Part shown: positions 19,727-26,570 of the stretch, one piece after another
How positions within the stretch are numbered: the stretch's first letter is position 1
How the letters are laid out: each line of letters opens with the position of its first letter
Assembly: GCA_964642725.1 (NCBI GenBank)
Contig: CAZXQG010000012.1
Span: forward strand, 6,163 to 70,162
Length of the DNA: 64,000 nucleotides
From: an uncultured Chitinophagaceae bacterium
GTDB lineage: Bacteria > Bacteroidota > Ignavibacteria > UBA10030 > UBA8401
Reading direction: 5' to 3'
Position numbers and translations under genes: made by a program
Notes under the pieces: generated by a model
Databases searched by the model: none
Seen by the model: the letters and a program-made list of their open reading frames with translations, nothing else
What the model was told of the DNA's origin: nothing

Positions 19727-20518
19727 TTACATCGAATCGTGTGAAGCAGTGTTTCGGAGCAGTCCTGCTCTTTGACAAAAAATATAATAGAGAAAAACCG
19801 GAGTTGAAACAAGGGTGCGTTTCCATACTCTTCGGGGTTCCCGAAGAAGCCGCGGCAGCCATTCCAGGCCGGCGTCTTGGAGAGATGTCGACGCTCTTTG
19901 TTTTGTTCCGGCAAAGAAGTCGAACGCGGCGCCTATCGCAGCAATGAACGGAACGTTGAGACGGCTGCGATGTTCCTGGCTCCATTTTTCCTGTTTTGGC
20001 GCCGTCATTCCAACCCACAGCGCAGTCGGCGCCGCGAGGTTGACAGCTTCAATGATTCTTTCATTATCAGCGTCGGAAAATTTCTCTCTAAAAGGGGGTG
20101 CATAGGTACCGCACACCGAGATATGAGGAAACTCGGCCGACATCCGCGCTCTGATTCTTTCCAGGACTTCTTCTGATGAGCCGAGGAAGAAAAAAGACTT
20201 CCCGCGCGTATTGTTCCATCGCTCGGCCATTCCTGCGAAAAAATCGTAACCTGTAATCCGGCGGGTAATTGTGCCCCCCAATATTTTCGACGCCAGCACA
20301 ATCCCGGCGCCGTCGGGAATGAGATAGTCGGCGGCACCAAGGGCGTTCAGGAATTGACGGTCGTCTTTTGCAACAACGAGTGAATGCGGGTTCGCGCAGA
20401 ACAGAGTTTTGCCCTTCATTCCCCGGGAAATTCCGTCGTCAATCGCATCAAGAATTTCGGGCAATTGTGCCGTCTGAACCTGAACATTCCAAATCATCTC
20501 ACGCTGAAAATCCGTCAT
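19727..20518 (-). CDS. WecB/TagA/CpsF family glycosyltransferase (GT26)
   Basis: 263 aa. Motifs seen are FCANPHSLVVAKDD, FFFLGSSEEVLERIRARMSAEFPHISVCGTYAPPF and LWVGMTAPKQEKW. The ATG overlaps the upstream stop (ATGA). Confidence 0.8.
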   Translation of the reverse strand: MTDFQREMIWNVQVQTAQLPEILDAIDDGISRGMKGKTLFCANPHSLVVAKDDRQFLNALGAADYLIPDGAGIVLASKILGGTITRRITGYDFFAGMAERWNNTRGKSFFFLGSSEEVLERIRARMSAEFPHISVCGTYAPPFREKFSDADNERIIEAVNLAAPTALWVGMTAPKQEKWSQEHRSRLNVPFIAAIGAAFDFFAGTKQRASTSLQDAGLEWLPRLLREPRRVWKRTLVSTPVFLYYIFCQRAGLLRNTASHDSM

Positions 20519-21735
20519 TGTTCATGCACTTTCGTTTTCCGATGTTCGCCCGCAGCACCGTAAATAGCCATCAAACGGCTGTAATTTTTCTCCGCGGTAT
20601 ACTTTTCATCAAAGTCGTGACGTGCACCTTCACCCAAAACACGCAATCTTGCATCGTCGGCAAGCAACCCCTTCACACACGCAATAATATCTCCGGCGTC
20701 TCCCGGAATGAACAGTCTGCCGTTGTTATTTTCGGTGATAAGGTACGGCAAGGAGCCGATATTCGACGCGGCAACCGGAACGCCGAGGGCAAAGGCTTCC
20801 TGGACAACCATAGGAAATCCCTCGTAGCACAGTGAGGGAATAACCAGCAATTTTGCGGTCGAGATATGTTTCATCGCTTCCTCGCGCGAAACGTTTCCAA
20901 GAAATGAAACCGAATCGGACGCCCCGCTCTCCCGGACCGAACGAACAAGCTGCTCTCTCATCGGCCCGTCCCCGATGACCTCCAATTGCGGCGCATCCTT
21001 TCCCATTTGCTGCCACGCCTCCACCAGAACGTGTATTCCTTTCGCCGCATACAACCTGCCGACAAAAACCGTTTTATTGTCCCTCTCTTTCCATGGAATC
21101 GGTTGAGGGGGAAGTTCGAGAAATTGAGGTTTAACAAAAAGCGATTCAGTCGGAATTCCGAATTGAATCATCTTTTCTCTTTGAAAATCCGTTAACGTGA
21201 TGAATGCGTCGACGTTCGTTCGCCATGTATTTATTGCGTTGTGAAAAGCAATCATTGCAGAAACGGGAAGTGTCGCTATTCTGCTGTCACGGTAACAGCC
21301 GTACCGCAGCGCCGGGATGACGCTCTTTCTGTCCAGACAGAGCGTGCATGGCTTGTCTTTTCGGAGAGCAGTTGCCGCCGAACAACCGATCCGATAGTTA
21401 TGCATCGTCATCACCGTCGGAGTATTATGTTCCCGAGAAGCGTAAAAAACAGAAGGCGATAGAAGCGGAAATGTGTTGTGAATGTGGACGATGTCGGGTT
21501 TCACTTCCCGCAATTTGCGCTTCAGCGCATTCAAACTGAACGGATTCCATACGGCGCCGGCCGCTCCCCTCAGCGACCCGATGAAACCTTCTCGAAGTAT
21601 TTCATCACTGTGCCGGTTAAATTCTGTAACGGAATGCCCGCGGTTCCGAAGAAGTCCAGCTTCGGCACGATATGCAGTGTTCTCCCCGCTTGGCGCAGTC
21701 GATCCATAAAAATTGTGAACGAGAAGAATTTTCAC
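20515..21735 (-). CDS. glycosyltransferase family 4
   Basis: 406 aa. A GTG start gives MKILLVHNFY. Motifs seen are VGRLYAAKGIHVLVEAW and IPSLCYEGFPMVVQEAFALGVPVAASNIGSLPYLITENNNGRLFIPGD. Confidence 0.85.
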   Translation of the reverse strand: MKILLVHNFYGSTAPSGENTAYRAEAGLLRNRGHSVTEFNRHSDEILREGFIGSLRGAAGAVWNPFSLNALKRKLREVKPDIVHIHNTFPLLSPSVFYASREHNTPTVMTMHNYRIGCSAATALRKDKPCTLCLDRKSVIPALRYGCYRDSRIATLPVSAMIAFHNAINTWRTNVDAFITLTDFQREKMIQFGIPTESLFVKPQFLELPPQPIPWKERDNKTVFVGRLYAAKGIHVLVEAWQQMGKDAPQLEVIGDGPMREQLVRSVRESGASDSVSFLGNVSREEAMKHISTAKLLVIPSLCYEGFPMVVQEAFALGVPVAASNIGSLPYLITENNNGRLFIPGDAGDIIACVKGLLADDARLRVLGEGARHDFDEKYTAEKNYSRLMAIYGAAGEHRKTKVHEQ

Positions 21736-21757
21736 AGCCTGTAAGAATGATCAAAGA

Positions 21758-22525
21758 TTATTGCGCCGATGGTGTACGGTCCATAAACCATTTTTTGACA
21801 AATAGCCCGGCGCGCAATGTTTTGTACTTTGTCAAATTCGTCTGACTGAAAATAGAAACGGGGTCGCGTAAATCATCGGCATAAATCCTGAACAACACGC
21901 CGCCGACTCCTTCCCATGTTCTATTGTCTCCCGCACCAACGGCAAAATTGTATTTGTAGTATTTTTGTACATACTTCACAATCGACGCGTTAAACTGTCC
22001 ATACGGGTAGACGAAAGTATCGACATGGTGGTGTAATTTTTGTTCGAGGACTTGTTTTGATTTGAAGAGTTCATCCTCAATGTTTCGGCATTGAAGCAGA
22101 TTGGGATGTGAATACGAGTGCGACGCAATTTTCACCAAACCGCCGGAACTAATCTCAGACAGCTCGCGCCACGAACAAAATGGGGCCGATTGTACATATC
22201 TGTCTCCCCCCATCATTTCATCAGTCGGCACGCCCAAACGGACATCTTGAGGAATGTGATCGCCTGAATCTAGAATGAACTTTGGGGAAACTGCAAGAAC
22301 TACGCGCATTCCAAATCTTTGTACTAACGGAAAGACATAACGGTAGAAACTATAACTAGCATCATCAAAAACCATGCAGAGATTTACGAGGTCTTTTGCC
22401 AAAACATCGCCCGGCAAAACAACTTGGAAGTGCTCTTTGATATACTCGAAATGTTTTTCAAAAATTGCACGGGAATTGGATAATTTATCTCCATCGATGC
22501 GATGATACATGCAACAAAGCAACAC
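21758..22525 (-). CDS. polysaccharide deacetylase (NodB-type) family protein
   Basis: 255 aa. Motifs seen are MYHRI, MVFDDASYSFYRYVFPLVQRFGMRVVLAVS and IASHSYSHPNL. The track start is GTG at 22525 and an ATG lies at 22510. It is the promoter-proximal gene of the locus. Confidence 0.7.
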   Translation of the reverse strand: MLLCCMYHRIDGDKLSNSRAIFEKHFEYIKEHFQVVLPGDVLAKDLVNLCMVFDDASYSFYRYVFPLVQRFGMRVVLAVSPKFILDSGDHIPQDVRLGVPTDEMMGGDRYVQSAPFCSWRELSEISSGGLVKIASHSYSHPNLLQCRNIEDELFKSKQVLEQKLHHHVDTFVYPYGQFNASIVKYVQKYYKYNFAVGAGDNRTWEGVGGVLFRIYADDLRDPVSIFSQTNLTKYKTLRAGLFVKKWFMDRTPSAQ

Positions 22526-22798
22526 GCAGGCTCCAAAAATATAACTGTTAACTATCCCGAGCCCCTACACGGCAACAGTAATGGCTCAAATATACATTAT
22601 CTAACAATATTATCAAAGTTTCCCGTCGGTTGCCAGCAAAAACCTCTCCAGACATGATTCACTGAAGGAAAAACCAAGGAGAAGGATCCATGTCTTTAGA
22701 ATGCATAACTCAGAAATTGTGACATAAAGACTCAAATTAGGACACCCCCGTATACAGGTTTTGTTTGACCCTTTCTGTTATTTTATGTTTATTATAGG

Positions 22799-23713
22799 AT
22801 GAAGATTCTGGGGAGAATGCTCATCGCATGCGACTGCCGAACTCGTTATTTCGGAACCCGATTCTTGTTAGTTTTCTGCTTTTTGTCTGCCGGTATCGTC
22901 CTCCCTCAATCCGAAAAAAAAAATCCCCAGCCGCTTGATTCATCCCAAATCAGCGGACCACGGCTCGCTATCGTTGGAGGTGCTGTTGTCGCAAGCGGAG
23001 TCGCAGTTCATTTTACCCGGTATGAACCGCTGTGGAAGAGCCACTATTCTTCGTTTCGATTTCATGAAGATTTTTCCTATGCCCGAAATCAGGATAAGCT
23101 TCTCCATTTTTACGGAAGCGCGGTGGGAAGCGTCATTTCTACAAAGGCACTTTCATGGGCAGGCTATGATGAACAGGATGCTGTTCTCTGCGGAGCGGCA
23201 ACTTCTTTCACATTCCTCACTTTCATGAAGATAGAAGACGGCCACATTGACTACCTTGGATTCGACCGTGTCGATGAGCTTGCGAATCTATTCGGCGCAG
23301 GATATCCGCTGGCGCAGTACTACGTCCCGTGGCTGAAGAGTTTCACGCCGAAAGCTTCGTACGTTGCATCCAAGAATGCCGTTGTCGATGCAGGGCAAAC
23401 TCTGCCGGGTTTTCTTGAAGACCACGAGGGACAAAGATTTTGGATGGGAATTACCGTGCACGATCTGCTGCCGAAAAATTTTCAGGAGTATTGGCCGTCG
23501 ATCGTCGGACTTGCAGCCGGTTATACTGTCCGCGGTTTAAACACGCCTCACTCTTACCATGAGACGATTATTGCACTCGACCTTGATTTACGGAAACTCC
23601 CCGGCGATTCACAATTCCTTAAGTCGCTGTGGGAGATGCTGAATTACATTCACCTCCCGATGCCTGCGGTCCGGATCAGCCAGTCCGCCATTTGGTACGG
23701 ACTGTATTTCTAA
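22799..23713 (+). CDS. hypothetical envelope protein, DUF2279-like
   Basis: 304 aa with an ATG start and an N-terminal hydrophobic segment. WKSHYSSFRFHEDFSYARNQDKLLHFYGS resembles the conserved core of DUF2279 predicted lipoproteins. The gene contains an A10 tract at 22914-22923. Confidence 0.4.
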   Translation: MKILGRMLIACDCRTRYFGTRFLLVFCFLSAGIVLPQSEKKNPQPLDSSQISGPRLAIVGGAVVASGVAVHFTRYEPLWKSHYSSFRFHEDFSYARNQDKLLHFYGSAVGSVISTKALSWAGYDEQDAVLCGAATSFTFLTFMKIEDGHIDYLGFDRVDELANLFGAGYPLAQYYVPWLKSFTPKASYVASKNAVVDAGQTLPGFLEDHEGQRFWMGITVHDLLPKNFQEYWPSIVGLAAGYTVRGLNTPHSYHETIIALDLDLRKLPGDSQFLKSLWEMLNYIHLPMPAVRISQSAIWYGLYF

Positions 23714-23755
23714 ATTGAGACTTCTGAATAATTCCAAACGTATGGCTCGCCCAAG

Positions 23756-23780
23756 CCCCGAAGGTCCCAAAGGGATTCCG
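23756..23780. repeat. short member of the intergenic repeat family (core tcccaaaggga)
   Basis: ccccgaaggtcccaaagggattccg lies between two convergent genes. It shares the cgaagg / tccc-aaa-ggga core with 39607-39664 and 40835-40891. Confidence 0.4.
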
Positions 23781-23901
23781 TTGGAAGATGCTTCGCCGGA
23801 TGCTACGTCGCAAAATGAATTAGAAAGAGACTCCTTGCGCCTTGTCGGCTTTGCGTGAGACGATTTTTCAGATGTCTCAAATTGATCCGCGAGAAAATTT
23901 T

Positions 23902-25851
23902 TTATTCCCCCTCCACCAGAACTTCATACACCACCACCGGCGTTTCGAGCCCTTTCACTTTTATCGGGTCGAGCGGACGAATGGGAACTTCACCTTTGAC
24001 GTGCCGGTATGTTGCTTCTGAAATCATGATGCCTTCAACCGGTGCGTTGGATTCAAGCCGCTGAGCAAGGTTGACATCCGAGCCGAGAACGGTGTACTCC
24101 ATCCTCCGGGCCGAACCCAGATCTCCCACGACAACCTCGCCGGTGTTAATACCGATCCGGATCCGAAGCGGAAGCCTCCCTGCCGGTTCCCAACGGCGTT
24201 TCAGTTCGCGGCACTTATGTTGCATTTCAATCGCAGCCCGTACGCAGCGGAGCGCGTGGTCCGGCTGCGGTTCCGGCGCACCGTAAAAAACCATCAGGCC
24301 GTCCCCGATAAATTTGTCCACCGTTCCCCCGTACTTGAAAACGATGTCGGTCATCGCCTCGAAATATTCGTTCAACGTGGTGCTGATCTCTTCCGGCGTC
24401 ATCGTCGACGAATATGTCGTGAAGCTTTTGATGTCGCTGAACATGATGGTGACTTCTTTTCTTTTCGGCATCGTTGTCAGCATGTCCGGAGTATCCACCA
24501 GTTGGCGTACAACCGAGGGGGGAAAATATTGTTCAAACTTTGAACGAAGCTTTTGTTTCTCTTTCTCTTCTGTAACGTACCAGTACACTATGACCGACGC
24601 TGCTGAAAAGGCGCCGCTCATCAATGGACGAATGATCGCCATGACCACATTCGCGTATATGAAGAGCGTTGAAGCGGCAGCAACGTACGCCGCAAGAAGG
24701 CCGAATACTGCAAGCGCAAACCGTACCGATCTCAATCGGCTCGAAAAGAAAAAGAAAAGCGCAGCAAAAACTAGTTCCACACAGAGCATCGGTACAGCAG
24801 GCAACTCGAATAAGAAATTTTGCGTGAGGATCGTGTTGAGCGTATTCGCATGGAGTCCAACAAGGGGGAAGTTCTGCTCGAAAGGAGTCGGTCCGATGTC
24901 GGATACACCGGTAGAGACGTCGCCGATAATGGCGATGGACCCGCCGTACCGCTCACCGAACGCCTCGACCTCGTCGTTGTCATCGGCGATGCTCAGCACT
25001 TGCGAAAAACTCAAATGCCTCATAGCAGACCAATCGCCGATCCAATTGATCAGCATATTGCCGCGCGAATCAATAGGAATGACGATATCGTGGTTTGTTC
25101 CATCCTGTGTCCGGGCATTTCTGAGCGTTATCGACCTTCCGCCCCGTACTACGATGCGATCCGGCGTAACTTGAAGATAGTCGCAAACCAGCCGCATCGC
25201 CATGCTCGGGTAGAATTTTTCCCCGTAGCGAATCAGCAGCGGAACCCGCCGGAAGACACCGTCGGCATCGGGCTCAACGCTGATAAAGCCGATGCCGCGG
25301 GCAACCGTTGCCAGCTCATTCCACGTCAGGAGCGTCGCACCGGCTTTGTAAAATTCGCCGGCATCTTGCGCATCGAGAACCCACGATGTCGAGTCCAGAA
25401 AATGAACAACGTCGGGGGAGACCGTTCCCTTGTTGACGGTCGTATCGTCCAAACCAAAAGCTACGGGAAAATACGCCCGCCCGAATGTCTTTGTTGAAGC
25501 GATTAAGATGCTGTCGTCGAACGATTGTATCCTTTGGGCAAAAATAATGTCGAAGGCGACGGCGGCGCAATTCATTCTCCTCAATACATTGACAGCGTCG
25601 CCGTAGTACCGGCGCGGAAAATAGTAGCTCAGCTTCTTAATGGTGGAATTTGCAATATCGACATGAAGGATCGAAGAGTCGTACGCCGGTGGGTGGAATG
25701 CGGCTCGTGCAAGGAAGAGCCGGTCGACCGTTTGGCGATTCCAGGATTCGAATACGCCGGGAAAAATCCAAAAAAGGAAATGCGACAAACAAAACGATGC
25801 GGCGATTAACAATCCGGCGCCGGTAACTCTGCGCTTTTTACTTGTGGTCAA
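23902..25851 (-). CDS. CHASE2 sensor domain-containing class III adenylate/guanylate cyclase
   Basis: The track ORF (697 aa, TTG at 25995) extends 158 nt into the upstream gene. Alternative starts are ATG 25956 or TTG 25851 (LTTSKKRRVTGAGLLIAASF), so the start is uncertain. The architecture is a TM helix, a ~330-aa extracytoplasmic CHASE2-type region and three TM helices (LCVELVFAALFFFF, FALAVFGLLAAYVAAAS, VVMAIIRPLMSGAFSAASVIVYW). A cyclase domain follows (VTIMFSDIKSFT, VDKFIGDGLMVFYGAP, RIGINTGEVVVGDLG, YTVLGSDVNLAQRLES). Confidence 0.85.
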   Translation of the reverse strand: MTTSKKRRVTGAGLLIAASFCLSHFLFWIFPGVFESWNRQTVDRLFLARAAFHPPAYDSSILHVDIANSTIKKLSYYFPRRYYGDAVNVLRRMNCAAVAFDIIFAQRIQSFDDSILIASTKTFGRAYFPVAFGLDDTTVNKGTVSPDVVHFLDSTSWVLDAQDAGEFYKAGATLLTWNELATVARGIGFISVEPDADGVFRRVPLLIRYGEKFYPSMAMRLVCDYLQVTPDRIVVRGGRSITLRNARTQDGTNHDIVIPIDSRGNMLINWIGDWSAMRHLSFSQVLSIADDNDEVEAFGERYGGSIAIIGDVSTGVSDIGPTPFEQNFPLVGLHANTLNTILTQNFLFELPAVPMLCVELVFAALFFFFSSRLRSVRFALAVFGLLAAYVAAASTLFIYANVVMAIIRPLMSGAFSAASVIVYWYVTEEKEKQKLRSKFEQYFPPSVVRQLVDTPDMLTTMPKRKEVTIMFSDIKSFTTYSSTMTPEEISTTLNEYFEAMTDIVFKYGGTVDKFIGDGLMVFYGAPEPQPDHALRCVRAAIEMQHKCRELKRRWEPAGRLPLRIRIGINTGEVVVGDLGSARRMEYTVLGSDVNLAQRLESNAPVEGIMISEATYRHVKGEVPIRPLDPIKVKGLETPVVVYEVLVEGE

Positions 25852-26527
25852 TGGAAATCGTCTTGCTGAAAAAATTGTTCGCCAAAATCTCGGAAGCAAA
25901 CTGTGCAATGTCAACGCGCTCGGGGTCAACCGCGGGCTGCTTTTCCCCGCGGACATTGCCGGCAATGCTGATCGGCCGCTCGGCAATCGTCGCAAAAGTC
26001 CGGAACCGCTTTTTAATGTCTTTAATTTCGTTTACGACGAATAAGGCTGCATCGGGTTTTTTATCCGTTGCCGATTTAAAGTAGGCGTGCAAATCGTTCT
26101 CAAGGTCTGTCAGCCGCTCGGATGAGGCGAGCACGTAAAATGTTTCCGTCCCCGTATTCTTATCTAGCCTGTACCATTCACGGCCTTTCGGGATGTAGTA
26201 ATTCTTGTCGAGCTTGTAGTCTTTCTCGAACATCGCGCTGTCGTAGGGGAACAGCAGCGACAGCTCGTTAGCGGAGCTCTTATGGATCACGTAAATGAAC
26301 GCCGGCTTGACCAGGTTGACAAACAATTTGAATTCATCTCCGGTTTTTAACGACGTATCCTTGGTGACAACTCCGATTCGCCGATTTCCCGGATTTCCGC
26401 CCCGCGCGACAAACGCCCAGTTGTACTGGATATTATTGTCGGGGGATGCGTCTTGCGCATAGACGATTGACAATACTCCCGACAAAAAGATCATCAGGAA
26501 GATTCTGGACCATAGTCTTACAGCCAT
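25838..26527 (-). CDS. secreted DUF4384-like domain protein
   Basis: 229 aa with an ATG start. The signal peptide is MAVRLWSRIFLMIFLSGVLSIVYAQD. KTGDEFKLFVNLVKPAFIYVIHKSSANELSLLFPY ... IPKGREWYRLDKNTGTETFYVLASSE fits the DUF4384 beta-sandwich pattern. Confidence 0.6.
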   Translation of the reverse strand: MAVRLWSRIFLMIFLSGVLSIVYAQDASPDNNIQYNWAFVARGGNPGNRRIGVVTKDTSLKTGDEFKLFVNLVKPAFIYVIHKSSANELSLLFPYDSAMFEKDYKLDKNYYIPKGREWYRLDKNTGTETFYVLASSERLTDLENDLHAYFKSATDKKPDAALFVVNEIKDIKKRFRTFATIAERPISIAGNVRGEKQPAVDPERVDIAQFASEILANNFFSKTISIDHK

Positions 26528-26570
26528 TACGTATTATCCTTTCATGAATGGAGATAGCGACCGGGCGATT

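Noticed and set aside
24314-25497. Two plus-strand ORFs (286 aa and 225 aa)
   Set aside because: Both are antisense to the CHASE2 cyclase gene and neither shows recognisable motifs. The cyclase frame carries clear catalytic motifs.
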